Source of the DNA: Heterodontus francisci | Lineage: Eukaryota | Assembly: GCF_036365525.1 (NCBI RefSeq) | Contig: NC_090416.1 | Coordinates: forward strand, 16,526,945-16,590,944 | DNA length: 64,000 bases | Reading direction: 5' to 3' | Part shown: piece by piece, positions 50,069 to 63,923 of the stretch | Layout of the letters: the number at the start of each line of letters is the position of its first letter | How positions within the stretch are numbered: the first letter of the stretch is position 1 | Notes under the pieces: generated by a model | Seen by the model: only the letters and a program-made list of their open reading frames with translations | The model's database searches: none | What the model was told of the DNA's origin: nothing | Position numbers and translations under genes: made by a program

Positions 50069-51797
50069 TAGTAAAATGGGGTTGTGCACATGTCTAATGG
50101 AAAGCAGTTCAGCACCTCTAGGTTCATAGAATCTCTCACTTTGCACAGCAGATGTCACATGGCTGCAGCTTTGCCCAGGGAGCCTACCCGGTTCACACAG
50201 GATAGGCCAGGTGTTAAAGCAAGAGCATCTGGTGTTGCCTATTGAAGCTTGCACAGTGGTTAAAGGAAAATACAATTAAAGTTCACAAGATGGGAATCTT
50301 GTAAAGTGTCAGCCATGGCCTCGTGGGTTCAAGTCCCAATCCAGAGACTTGAGCACAAAAAACAGTCTCACATTCTCCGTGTAGTACTGAGGGAGTGCTG
50401 CACTGTCGGAGGGTCAATACTGAGGGAGTGCGGCACTGTCGGAGGGTCAGTATTGAGGGAGTGCTGCACCGTTGGAGGTTCAGTACTGAGGGAGTGCTGC
50501 ACTGTCAGAGGGTCAGTACTGAGGGAGCGCTGCACTGTCGGTGGATCAGTACTGAGTGAGTGCCGCACTCAGAGGGTCAGTACTGAGGGAGTGCTGCATT
50601 GCCAGAGGGTCAGTACTGAGGGAGTGCTGAACTGTTGGAGGGTCAGTACTGAGGGAGTGCTGCACTGTCGGAGGGTCAGTACTGAGGGAGTGCTGCACTG
50701 TCAGAGGGTCAGTACTGAGGGAGTGCTGCACTGTCAGAGGGTCAGTACTGAGGGAGTGCTGCACTGTCACAGGGTCAGTACTGAGGGAGTGCTGCACTGT
50801 CAGAGGGTCAGTACTGAGGGAGTGCTGCACTGTCAGAGGGTCAGTACTGAGAGAGTGCTGCACTGTCAGAGGGTCAGCACTGAGGGAGTGCTGCACTGTC
50901 TGAGGTGCTATCTTCACAAGTCCCCCTCAGGTGGACGTTATCGATCCCATGACTCTATTTGAAGGAGAGCAGGTGTCCTGGACAATATATATTCCAACAT
51001 TAACACCTAAAACTGTAACTGGTCATTATCACATTGCTATTTGTGGGAGCTTGCTGTGTAAATGACTGTCAGATTTCCAGAATTTCAACAGTGACTACAC
51101 TTCAAAACACACTTCAAAAGTACGTCATGAGATGTAAACCACTGTGGAGCAGCCTCGTGATCAGACCTCTCTGTCTCTCCATCTGTCTATCTGTCTATNN
51201 NNNNNNNNNNNNNNNNNNNNNNNNNNNNNNNNNNNNNNNNNNNNNNNNNNNNNNNNNNNNNNNNNNNNNNNNNNNNNNNNNNNNNNNNNNNNNNNNNNNN
51301 NNNNNNNNNNNNNNNNNNNNNNNNNNNNNNNNNNNNNNNNNNNNNNNNNNNNNNNNNNNNNNNNNNNNNNNNNNNNNNNNNNNNNNNNNNNNNNNNNNNN
51401 NNNNNNNNNNNNNNNNNNNNNNNNNNNNNNNNNNNNNNNNNNNNNNNNNNNNNNNNNNNNNNNNNNNNNNNNNNNNNNNNNNNNNNNNNNNNCNNNNNNN
51501 NNNNNNNNNNNNNNNNNNNNNNNNNNNNNNNNNNNNNNNNNNNNNNNNNNNNNNNNNNNNNNNNNNNNNNNNNNNNNNNNNNNNNNNNNNNNNNNNNNNN
51601 NNNNNNNNNNNNNNNNNNNNNNNNNNNNNNNNNNNNNNNNNNNNNNNNNNNNNNNNNNNNNNNNNNNNNNNNNNNNNNNNNNNNNNNNNNNNNNNNNNNN
51701 NNNNNNNNNNNNNNNNNNNNNNNNNNNNNNNNNNNNNNNNNNNNNNNNNNNNNNNNNNNNNNNNNNNNNNNNNNNNNNNNNNNNNNNNNNNNNNNNN

Positions 51798-54700
51798 CAG
51801 ACCGGTAAGTCTAAAAAACCTACTTCGGGGATTCTCGGACAGACTCGGAGGGCGGAATTAACCTCGGGGATTCTCGGACAGATTCGGTGGGCGGAGTTAA
51901 CCTCGGGGATTCTCGGACAGACTCGGAGGGCGGAATTAACCTCGGGGATTCTCGGACAGACTCGGCGGGCGGAATTAACCTCGGGGATTCTCGGACAGAC
52001 TCGGAGGGCGGAATTAACCTCGGGGATTCTCGGACAGATTCGGTGGGCGGAGTTAACCTCGGGGATTCTCGGACAGACTCGGCGGGCGGAGTTAACCTCG
52101 GGGATTCTCGGACAGATTCGGTGGGCGGAGTTAACCTCGGGGATTCTCGGACAGACTCGGAGGGCGGAATTAACCTCGGGGATTCTCGGACAGACTCGGC
52201 GGGCGGAATTAACCTCGGGGATTCTCGGACAGACTCGGCGGGCGGAATTAACCTCGGGGATTCTCGGACAGACTCGGCGGGCGGAGTTAACCTCGGGGAT
52301 TCTCGGACAGATTCGGTGGGCGGAGTTAACCTCGGGGATTCTCGGACACACTCGGAGGGCGGAATTAACCTCGGGGATTCTCGGACAGATTCGGCGGGCG
52401 GAGTTAACCTCGGGGATTCTCGGACAGATTCGGCGGGCGGAGTTAACCTCGGGGATCTCGGACAGACTCGGAGGGCGGTGTTCACCTCGATGGGTCGAAG
52501 GGCCTGTTTTCGTGCTGTGTCTCTAAATCAAAAATAAAAATAAATAAAATAATATTTATAGACGAAATCTAGCACGAGGGACCATATCGTTAATTATAAC
52601 AATTTAGTAAGGATTTGATAAGTATTTATTTTATATTAATTAACTAATTAGTGATAGAAATGTCAGTTAAAGGGGTGAAGTGCTTCACCTGTGAGATGTG
52701 GGAAGTCCGTGACACTTCCAGCGTTCCGGGCGACTCCGCCTGCAGGAAGACCGCATGGATCGGTTGGAGCGGCAACTGGATGCACTTAGGCGCATGCAGG
52801 TGGCAGAAAGCGTCATAGCCAGGAGTTTTAGAGAAGTGGTTACACCCAAGGTGCAGGCAGATAGATGGGTGACCGCTAGAAGGGGCAGGCAGTCAGTGCA
52901 GGAATCCCCTGTGGCTATCCTCCTCTCTAACAAGTATACCGTTTTGGATACTGTTGGGGGGGATGGCCTATCAGGGAAAACAACAGCAGCAGCCAGAGCA
53001 GTGGCACCACGGCTGGCACTGTTGTTCAGCAGGGAGGGACAAAGTGCAGAAGAGCAATAGTTACAGGGGACTCTGTAGTCAGGGGCACAGATAGGCGCTT
53101 CTGTGGACGTGAAAGAGACTCCAGGATGGTATGTTGCCTACCTGGTGCCAGGGTCAATGATGTCTCTGAACGGACAGGGGGCATTCTGAAGGGCGAGGAT
53201 GCACAGCCAGAGGTTGTGGTACACATCGGTACCAATGACATAGGCAGGAAGAGTGATGAGGTCCTGCAGGGGGAGTTTAGGGAGTTAGGTAGAAAGTTAA
53301 AAAAACAGGATTCTCGGGTTGCCATCTCTGGATTAGTCCCTGTGCCACGTGCCAGAGAGGCTAGAAATAGGAAGATAGTGCAGCTAAACACGTGGCTGAG
53401 CAGCTGGTGTAGAAGGGAGGGTTTCAGATATCTGGACCATTGGGCTCTCTTCAGGGACAGATGGGACCTGTACAAGAAGGACGCGTTGCATCTAAACTGG
53501 AGGGGCACTAATATCCTGGCTGCAAAGTTTGCTAGCGTCACTCGGGAGGGTTTAAACTAGTATGGAAGAGGGATGGGAACCAGAGCAGTGGGACAGCCAG
53601 AAAAATAAATGAGGAGGACATAGTAAATAAGGCCAGTAAGACTAAGAGGAAGAGCAGGCAGGGAGATGTTGCTGAGCACAGCGGGACTGGTGTTCTGAAG
53701 TGCATTTTTTTCAATGCGAGAAGTATAACAGGTAAGGCAGATGAACTTAGAGCTTGGATTAGTACTTGGAAATATGATGTTGTTGCTATTACAGAGACTT
53801 GGTTGAGGGAAGGGCAGGATTGGCAGCTAAATGTTCCAGGCTTTAGAAGCTTCAGGCGGGATAGAGGGGGGTGTAAAAGGGATGGGGGAGTTGCATAACT
53901 GGTTGAGGAGAGTATCAGAGCTGTACTGCGGGAGGACACCTCAGAGAGGTCATGCAGCGAGGCAATATGGGTGGAGCTCAGGAATAGGAAGGGTGCAGTC
54001 ACGATGTTGGGGGTTTACTACAGGCCTCCCAACAGCCAGCGGGAGGTAGAGGACAAGATATGTAGACAGATTTTGGAAAGATGTAAAGGTAACAGGGTTG
54101 TGGTGGTGGGTGATTTTAACTTCCCCTATATTGACTGGGACTCACTTAGTGCTGGGGGCTTGGATGGGGCATAATTTGTGAGGAGCATCCAGGAAGGCTT
54201 CTTGAAACAGTATGTAGATAGTCCAACTAGGGATGGGGCCATTCTGGACCTGGTATTGGGGAATGAGCCCGGCCAGGTGGTCGAAGTTTCAGTGGGGGAG
54301 CATTTCGGGAGCAGTGACCATTATTCCATAAGTTTTAAGGTACTTGTGGATAAGGATAAGAGTAGTCCTCGTGTGAAGGTGCTAAATTGGGGTAAGGCTA
54401 ATTATAACAATAATAGGCAGGAATTGAAGAATTTAGATTGGGGGCGGCTGTTTGAGAGTAAATCAACATCTGACATGTGGGAGTCTTTCAAACGTCAGCT
54501 GATTAGAATCCAGGACCAGCATGTTCCTGCGACGAAGAAAGACAAGTTTGGCATGTTTCGGGAAATTTGGATAACACTGGATATTGTGAGCCTAGTCAAA
54601 AAGAAAAAGGAAGCATTTGTAAGGACTGGAAGGCGAGGAACAGACGAAGCACTTGAGGAATATAAAGACAGTGGGAAGGAAATTAAGCAAGGAGTTAAGA

Positions 54701-56588
54701 GGGCTAAAAGGGGTCATAAAAAGTCATTGGCAAACAGGATTAAGGAGAATCCCAAGGCTTTTTATACATATATAAAGAGCAAGAGGGTAACCAGGGAAAG
54801 TGTTGGCCCACTCAAGGATAGAGATGGGAATCTATGTGTGGAGCCAGAGGAAATGGGCGAGGTGCTAAATGAGTACTTTGCATCAGTATTCACCAAAGAG
54901 AAGGACTTGGTGGATGATGAGCCTAGGGAAAGGAGTGCAGATAGTCTCAGTCATGTCATTATCAAAAAGGAGGAGGTGTTGGGTGTCTTGCAAAGCATTA
55001 AGGTAGATAAGTCCCCAGGGCCTGATGGGAACTACCCTAGGAAACTGAGGGAGGCAAGGGAAGAAATTGCTGGGGCCTTGACAGAAATCTTTGCATCATC
55101 ATTGGCTACAGGTGAGGTCCCAGAGGACTGGAGAACAGCCAATGTTGTTCCTTTGTTTAAGAAGGGTGGCAAGGATAATCCAGGAAATTATAGGCCGGTG
55201 AGCCTTACGTCAGTGGTAGGGAAACTATTAAAGAGGATTATACGGGACAGGATTTACTCCGATTTGGAAACAAACGAACTTATTAGTGAGAGACAGCATG
55301 GTTTTGTGAAGGGGAGGTTGTGTCTTCCTAATTTGATTGAGTTTTTTGAGGAAGTAACGAAGATGATTGATGAAGGAAGGGCAGTGGATGTTATCTATAT
55401 GGACTTTATTAAAGCCTTTGACAAGGTCCCGCATGGCAGAATGGTACAAAAGGTAAAGTCACACGGGATCAGAGGTGAGCTGGCAAGATGGATACAGAAC
55501 TGGCTCGGTCATGGAAGACAGAGGGTATCAGAGGATGGGTGTTTTTCTGAATGGAGGGATGTGACTTGTGGTGTTCCGCAGGGATCAGTGCTGGGACCTT
55601 TGCTGTTTGTAGTATATATAAATGATTTGGCAGAAAATGTAGCTGGTCTGATTAGTAAGTTTGCGGTTGACACAAAGGTTGGTGGAGTTGCAGATAATGA
55701 TGAGGATTGTCAGAGGATACAGCTGGATATAGATCGGTTGGAGACTTGGGCGGAGAAATGGCAGATGGAGTTTAATCCGGACAAATGTGAGGTAATGCAT
55801 TTTGGAAGGACTAATGCAGGTGGGAGGTATACAGTAAATGGCAGAACCCTTAGGAGTATTGACAGGCAGAGAGATCTGGGCGTACAGGTCCACAGGTCAC
55901 TGAAAGTGGCAACGCAGGTGGATAATTAGTCAAGAAGGCATACGGCATGCTTGCCATCATTGGTCGGGGCATAGAGTATAAAAATTGGCAAGTCATGTTG
56001 CAGCTGTACAGAACCTTAGTTAGGCCACACTTAGAATATTGCGTGCAATTCTGGTCGCCACACTACCAGAAGGACGTGGAGGCTTTGGAGAGGGTACAAA
56101 GGAGGTTTACGGATGTTGCCTGGTCTGGAGGGCATTAACTATGAGGAGAGGTTGGAAAAAGTCGGATTGTTTTCACTGGGACGACGGAGGTGGAGGGGCG
56201 ACATGATCGAGGTTTACAAAGTTATGAGCGGCATGGACAGAGTGGATAGTCAGAAGCTTTTTCCCAGGGGGGAAGAGTCAGTTACTAGGGGACATCGGTT
56301 TAAGGTGCGAGGGGCAAAGTTTAGAGGGGATGTGCAAGGCAAGTTTTATACACAGAGGGTGGTGAGTGCCTGGAACTTGCTGCCAGGGGAGGTGGTGGAA
56401 GCAGATACGATAGCGACGTTTAAGAGACATCTTGACAAATACATGAATAGGAAGGAAATAGAGGGATTTGGGCCCCGGAAGTGCAGAAGGTGTTAGTTTC
56501 GGCAGGCATCAAGATCGGCGCAGGCTTGGAGGGCCGAATGGCCTGTTCCTGTGTGGTACTGTTCTTTGTTCTTGTTCTTTGTTCTCTC
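51798..56588 (+). mobile_element. Full-length CR1-clade LINE, disabled (unit 4)
   Basis: Same element; FAVD at the RT catalytic motif; stops and frameshifts. Confidence 0.95.
51826..52488 (+). repeat. 39-bp CpG-rich tandem repeat in the LINE 5' region, ~17 copies
   Basis: Unit CTCGGGGATTCTCGGACAGACTCGGAGGGCGGAGTTAAC; fewer copies at ~2712-3010, 18450-18625, 34921-35160. Confidence 0.95.
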
Positions 56589-58072
56589 TGTCTATCTGTC
56601 CATCTCTCTGTCTATCTATCTGTCTATCTATCTATCTGACTATCGATCTATCGATTTATCTATCTGTCCATATCTATCTATCTATGTATCTATCCACCTG
56701 TCCATCTCTCTCGCTCTACCTATTTGTCTGTCTGTCCATCTCTATCTATCTGTCTGTCTATCCCTCAGTACTGACCCTTTGACAGTGCGGCACTCCCTCA
56801 GTACTGACCCTTTGACAGTGCGGCACTCCCTCAGTACTGACCCTTTGGGAACTGAATATTCCAGGGTATTTGACAGTTTGGAATGACAGGAAGCAAGGAA
56901 AGGGAGGTGGTGTAGCTCAGTTAATAAAGGATGAGATCAGTACAGTAGTGAGAAATGATCTTGGCTCAGAAAATCAAGATGTGGAATCAGTTTGGGTGGA
57001 GATATGAAATAGCAAAAATTCATACAGGAGCTGCACTGTGGGACAGAGTATAAATCAAGAAATAAGGGGGGCTTGTAAGGAAAATGCTGCAGTAATCCTG
57101 GGTGATTTTAATCTTCATAAAGATTGGAGTAATCAAACTGGTAAAGTTAGATAGAGGATGAGTTCATGGAGTGTACTCAGGACAGTTTCTTAGAACAATA
57201 CATTCTGGAACCAATCCGGGAGCAGGCTATTTTAGAGCTGGTAATGTGTAAGGAGACGGAATTAAATAATGACCTCTTAGTAAAGGAAGAATAGAAAAGC
57301 AGAATATTATTTACATGGAGAGAGACTGCAGAATGCTGCAGTACAGAGGGATCTGGGTGTCCTTGTACATGAATCACAAAATGTTAACATGCAGGTTCAG
57401 CAAGTAATTAGGAAGAGAAATGGAATGTTGGTATTTATTGCAATTGGAATGGAGTATAAAGGTAGGGACATCTTGCTACAACTGTACCGGGTATTGGTGA
57501 GACCGCACCTAGAATACTGCATACAGTTTTGGTCTCCTTATTTAAGGAGGGATATACTTGCATTGGAAGCAGTTCAGAGAAGGTTCACTTGGCTGATTCC
57601 TGGGATGAAGGGATTGTCTTATGAGGAAAGGTTGAGCAGGTTGGGCCTGTTTAGAGTTTCGAAGAATGAGAGGTGATCTTATTGAAACACATAAAGTCCT
57701 GAAGGAGTTAATTGGGTGGATGGTGAGAGGATGTTTCCCCTCGTGGGGGAATCTGGAACTAGGGGGAACAGTTACAGAATACGGGGTCTCCCATTTAAGA
57801 CGGAGATGAGGAGGAATTTCTTCTCTGAGGGTCATTAATCTTTGGAATTCTCTTCCCCAGGGAGCAGTGGAGGCTGGGTCATTGAATATATTCAAGGCTG
57901 AGTTGGAGAGTTTTTTGATCTACAAGGGAGTTGAGGGTTATCGTGGGGGGCCGAGAGGAAATTGAAGTTAAAGTCACAATCAGATCATCCATGATCTTAT
58001 CGAATGGCAGAACAGTCTTGATGGGCCGAATGGCCTTCTCCTGTTCTTATTTCTTATGCTTTTATGTTGAAG

Positions 58073-58357
58073 ATATCGTACCTGCTGTATTCAATACCTG
58101 TCCAGGTCTTTAAAGCCCAAAGTGGCCGTAACTGTTCCTATCTGTGCAGAGAGCCCTTGGCAGTAATATAATATAATGAAAATGGCCTGGCTGAAACTCC
58201 CCGGGTCTGGATATCTCAGTACAGATCGGGGAAGGGATGGTGGGAGTGCTGGAATCTGGGCCTTCCCAGCAAGTGTCCTGTAAGGGAACTGAATGACCTC
58301 AACGAAGGAACGAGTTCACAGAGGGAGATGAGGCTGATGTGATTGTAGTGTGTGCGA
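58073..58357 (+). pseudogene. Decayed V-like exon (unit 4)
   Basis: Copy of 8630-8914. Confidence 0.5.
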
Positions 58358-61300
58358 ACAAGAGGAGGCCATTCAGCCCTTCGAGACTGCTGTACCATTC
58401 CATTAGATCATAGCTGGTCTGTACCTTAACCCCATATACCCTGCCTTAGCTCCATAGTCCTTGCTGCCCTTACCCAATAAAAATCTATCAACCACAATCT
58501 TTATAACTCCAATTTTTAATGAAGTGCATTTCTATAGCGTCTTTCACAACCTCAGGATGTTCCCAAAGTGCTTCGCAGCCAATGAAATACCTTGAAAAGC
58601 AATATTGGGAAATGAAGAATGGGATGTAGAGCAGGAGGAGTTCAGTTCAGTTCTCCTGAGGGGCCCAGTCCAGATAATGGGTTGTTTTGTTATAAATGTG
58701 TGACGTGTCCAAGAATGTAACCGTTTAACGGTGTTTCTCGGATTTCCGTCCTGTTTCTGTGTGTGTTTCAGAGCAGGGGAACTGGGCCCAGATGCTGCTG
58801 CTCTCTGCTGCTTATCAGACAGTGAACAGGGATGTTTCGGTTCCTCCCCGAGGCTCCTCTCCCACCCCCTGCAGCGAGTGACCACACCACCTGCACCACA
58901 TCACAAACAAGACAAAAACAGCATCGATTTGGGTATCAGGATCTAAAATAAGGCTTTCAGAACACCGCCCAGGTCCCCTGTGGTTGATGACGAGGGCTTG
59001 ATCTGAGCTGCATTCAGTGCCATTCTCAGACCCAGTCTGGAACCTGGCTGTTCGGCCATGTGAATCATCAACATTGTGGATTTAACTGGACGGATAAACG
59101 TTTGATGGCCTTTAAGATACTCCTTAAAACCTACCTCTTTGACCGAGCTTTTGGTCACCTGCTCTAATATCTCCGAATGTGGCTCAGCATTAAACTTTGT
59201 TTGCTGACGCTCCTTGCGACGTTTTATTACATTAAAGGCGCCATATAAATGCAGATTGGTTGTTGTTTGCAAATGACAATTCGTTGAAGACCTTAATAAC
59301 TAACCGACTGCAGGCCATGAAGTACATCAACTAAAGCCACAATTAAAACTCAAGGCTTCTGATGTAAGTACAGTACTGAAGGAATACCGCACTGCCGGAG
59401 GGGCTATCTGTCACTTGGAATCTGCCCTCTGTTAAAGATACTGCAACCCCTATTTAGAAAAAGAGTTGGGAATTCTCCCCCATCCCCGTGTCTTGGCTGA
59501 TATTTATCCTTCAATCAATATCACAAAAAAAAATCACCTGGGTCATTATCTCATTGTTATGTGTGTGGGATCATGCTGTGCACAAATTGGCTGCTGTGTT
59601 TCCTACATTACAACAGTTGACTAGACTTCAAAAAAAAATACTTGGTTGGCTGTAAAGCGCTGTGGGACATTCTGAAGCTGTGAAAGGAGGCTCACTGTCA
59701 CCTTCTCAGGGGGACAACTAGTGATGGACAATAAATGGCTGGTCTTACCAGAGATGCCCACATCTCGAGAATGAAGAAGTGCAGGTTCTGTCTCTCTGGA
59801 CGCTGTGATGTCCCCTTGTAAAACATATTGAAACTAAATAGTTCTAAAAACATCTGCATAAATACAGCATCCTCAGACTCGAGATGAGGATTAAACCTGC
59901 ATTTAATACCTCTTTCAGTGCGTGGCCCCTTTAAGGTGTGCTGAGGGACTGGGCTTTTCCAGCACTCTCTGTCCATTTACTCTTTGAGGTGATGCAACCA
60001 ATACCCACTCCACAGCCGGAGGCTCAGTTAACAGCCCTTCCCTCTTATGGCCCCTAGTTCTGCTCTCACCCGCAAGTGGAAACGTCTCACCTTATCGAGT
60101 CCTTTCATAACCTTAAAGGGCTCCATCAGGTCCTACCCTCCCCCCCTCTCAGTCTTCTCTTTTCAACCTATCCTGGTAGCCTATCTCAGTACTGGTACCA
60201 TCCCAGCACATCTTTTCTTGCACCTTCTCCAGTGTCATTTTATAACATGGAGACAGGAACAGTGCACAGTAATTCCAAGTGTGGTCTAACTGAGGTTCCC
60301 TACAAGTTTGACTTAATGTATCTGCTTCTCAATTCTATCCCTCGAGAAATTAACCCCGGTGTTTGGATTGCTTTTTATAAGGCCTTATTCAGCAGCATTG
60401 CTGCAGTTACTCTATAACCCTCGATCCACAACCCAATTTAGACTCTTTCTTCCCCACCTCCCCCTCCCTCCAGGACTAGGTGACCTCATTCATCCTCCCA
60501 AAAAGTAGCACCTCACACTTATCCATACTGACCTTCATTTGCCAATTACACACCCATTCTGCATGTCACTTCATGTCCTGTCATTTGTGATGGACCTAAT
60601 ATTAACTGCAGCCTCCCCCAATTTGGAGTCATCAGCAAACTCTCAAATTGTACCTGGGGCTAGTCTGTCCCGTGCCATCCCATCTCTCGGACCGGGATAG
60701 TGAGCAGTTCTCCCTGGGAGGGACGGTATTTTATTCCAAACAGAGGGTTTTCCTGTAAATCACATGCAATGATGGTCTAGTATGGGAGAAACTACACTTT
60801 AGGATGGGAGGGTTGTTGAGAGGGTGCAGAGGAGGTTGACCGGAATGGTTTCAGGGATGGGGGAATTCTAGTGATAAGGTCAGCCTGGAGAAGCTGGGAT
60901 TGTTTTCCTTGGAGCGAAGGAGATTGCAGGGAGATTTAATAGAGGTGGACAAGATTATGACAGATCTGGATAGAGTAGACAAGGAAAAACAGTTCCCATT
61001 AACTGATGGTACTAGGGCTAGGGGACACATATTGAACGTTTTGGGTAAGGGATACAAGGGGGGGGGGATGTGAGGAAGAATTTATTTATTTTTAAATGCA
61101 GTGAGTGACAATGACCTGGAACTCAGTGCCTACCAGAGTGGTGGAAGCTGGAGACAATGATTTCAGTAACAAACTGGGGTGGGGTGGGGGGACACTTGAA
61201 GGAAATAAATTCGCAGGGGGCCACGGGGGTGCGGAGAGTGGGACTGACTGGATTGCACTACGGGGAGCTGGCACGGACCCGAGGGGCCGAATAGCCTCCT

Positions 61301-61507
61301 TCTGTGCCAGAAATGAAATCGAATTCGTTTAAAATAGTTAACTCTGCTTGAATATTTTTTTTTAAATCTGCCCAAAAGAAAATTCCTCTAATCGCCATTA
61401 TTCGTACAGTTAACCACTGACTTGCACCAATATCCACCTCAACTCACCCCCACCCCCCCCCCCCCCTCCCCACAAAAAATAACAGAGCAATTTGAATTCA
61501 TGTCATC

Positions 61508-61513
61508 TTTATT
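61508..61513 (-). terminator. Probable poly(A) signal, cluster 4
   Basis: AATAAA at the equivalent position. Confidence 0.65.
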
Positions 61514-61842
61514 AAAACAGCCACACACAGAGAGATACACTTTTCAATTCTAACAAATGGTACTACTGAGAGAAAGGAGAGAGGGAGCAGAACCCATCCA
61601 GCTCCAAATGGGAATGTACTCCCGGGATAGGTGGTCCTGATATTCACTGTCACCCACCTGCGCCCCCCAGTTAAAATTGGATCCAAAATTGGATCGTTAA
61701 ACTGCGATTGAAGTGACTGTTTCAACATCGTTGGCCACATTTGCTACAGTGATTACATTGTAAAACAACAACAACAACATTCCACATATTGAATCATATT
61801 TCATCAGCAATAAATCAAACTCTAAACCCCAGTTGCCCCCTC

Positions 61843-62171
61843 TCAGTCGGAACAAGCGGTGGAGCTGATGGTTTTGAGGAGAGGTGAGCTCAGAGAGCCG
61901 TGGTCCACACTGCAGGTATAGCTGGAGCCCTTATTCCAGGCAGTGGCGGGGACTCTCAGGTAACTGCTCAGGCTGTAGGTTTGATCACTGTCCGTGGACA
62001 CGGTGCCTGTGGTCACCCCGCTGTCTGTCTCTTTATCATCCACTCTCCAGAGAACCCGCACGAAACCCGGCTTAAAGCGGCTCACCAGGCAGGACAGAGT
62101 AGCCCATCCCGAGTCTATTTCTTCCGAGGAAGGAGGGAGCAGGAGAACTGATGGTTTCCGATCCTCACTAC
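61843..62171 (-). CDS. IgL cluster 4 C exon
   Basis: 329 nt; protein identical to cluster 1. Confidence 0.97.
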
Positions 62172-63504
62172 CTGTGTGTGAGAGACAGGGTGGAAGAAAG
62201 GAATCTCACTGTTAGTATCAATCATTTTTTCTAAAAGGCACATCCAGAATTAGTAACACATACTATAATTTAAAACAAACATTTAACTTGACTTCAGACT
62301 TAGGTAGAGACAGTAAATAATATAATAGCCTGAGTGTTTCCAGCACTCGATTTCAGATTTCCAGCATCTGCAGGATTTTGCTTTGATTGGATTAAAATTA
62401 AATATTTAGTCCAATCTTAACTCCCTGTCAATTGAGAGCTGGACTTGTACATGGATTCGAGACATTCATATAAATTAATTAACTGAATATTAAATACAAC
62501 AGACAATATCGAATTGTTTAAAATTCAGGGGCAGATTAAAATCAAAAGTTTATAAATTGAGGAAGTTTCACATTTCGGATAGGCTGTACTGGAGGTCTTA
62601 TGGAGGTGCTCGGAGTATGTATTGGGAGTAACTCAACCTCCCAGATCCACACTCAGAGTTCGGTGATCACCTCACCAGGAAAAATTCTTTATTTAAAAAA
62701 AAGAGTTTTAAAAGTAATAAAGTTCGGGGCGGTTTCCATTTAGAAAGTAGGTTAGACACTTCACATGAAGGAATGACAGCCGGAAGGAGGGGGCTGGGAA
62801 GGGAGACGGGGACTGGGGGGTAGAGAGACCGGGTGCGTGAGGAACAGACAAGATGGGGGGAGGGGGCGCAGAATGAGGCCATTCGGTCCATCGAGTCCCT
62901 GCCGCAGCCGAACCCCACTTCCCAACTTTGGGAGTCTTTTTTTCAGGTGGGGGAGGGGGTGCTAGTGTCAAACTCGACCCCCTTTGAGTGTGAGTAAAAT
63001 TCCTGTTTGTAAATCTTCCAGCAACACCCGGGGCAGGCTCGCTATTTATACAACAGTGCAGCGAATAGACGGAGAAGTCCACACCTGCACACTGCAGACC
63101 TGGCCGAACAGACTCGAGGGGCTGAATGGCCTTTCTCCCCTGTTCATTCTGCATTTTTATTTTGCCAATGGAGTTTTTCCTCGGTTCTGAGGAAAGGTCA
63201 GAGACCCGAAACTGTTCACCGTTTCTCCCTCTCTCTCCGCAGAGGCTGCCCAGACCTGCTGAGTATTTCCAGCATCTTCTGTTTTTTTATTTCAGATTTC
63301 CAGCATCCGCAATTGTTTTGCTGCTATTTTAGTGTTTATTTTTCTACCCTCCAGAATCCAAATTCCCAGCACTGAATCAGTGGACAGAAAAATAAAAATC
63401 TGACCCAATTTGTTTTCACCGTTATCAGGGCAGATCCGATTCTGCAACAATAAATGAATAAATAATTGAAACAATATGAATGATAGGATGAGGGAATTAC
63501 TTAC

Positions 63505-63541
63505 TCCGTAAACTCAGGGCGGTCCCAGGTCCGAAGGTAAA
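63505..63541 (-). CDS. IgL cluster 4 J segment
   Basis: Identical to cluster 1 J. Confidence 0.96.
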
Positions 63542-63580
63542 CACAGTGCAGTGTTTTAATGGGACGGGTCACTTAAAACC
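63542..63580 (+). other. J RSS, 23-bp spacer (cluster 4)
   Basis: CACAGTG + 23 + CTTAAAACC. Confidence 0.88.
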
Positions 63581-63895
63581 CAGGCTGGGAAGAAAGAGGG
63601 GAAAATATTAATAATCTGTCCTTTATCACATTCCCTTTCACATTCTGCCTTTCACTGGGGCCGGAATGCTGAGAGTCTGGAGAAAGATTTTCACATATCA
63701 GTGAGGAAACCTTGAGAATATCAGTGTTTACCTACCCAGCGAATAGTCCAAATATTGGGGAAAATCCAAATAAACCCATGGAATTCCAGTGAGATTTTCC
63801 ACAAGTTACATAAGGAATATTTCTGAAGCTCATTCCACAGTCTCAGGCAGGAATATTTCAGTAGCTGTTGGAATTCTGAGTGGTTCTGTTGATAC

Positions 63896-63923
63896 AGTTT
63901 TTGTATTGCCCTTTCTCACTGTG
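63896..63923 (-). other. V RSS, 12-bp spacer (cluster 4)
   Basis: CACAGTG AGAAAGGGCAAT ACAAAAACT. Confidence 0.96.

Noticed and set aside
51199-51797. N runs as gaps hiding genes
   Set aside because: They fall within TCTA microsatellites at equivalent positions and one contains a lone base, consistent with masked simple repeat; content cannot be assessed.
51144-52537. Long repetitive ORFs (TSGILGQTRRAEL and other frames)
   Set aside because: Produced by N runs plus the 39-bp tandem repeat.
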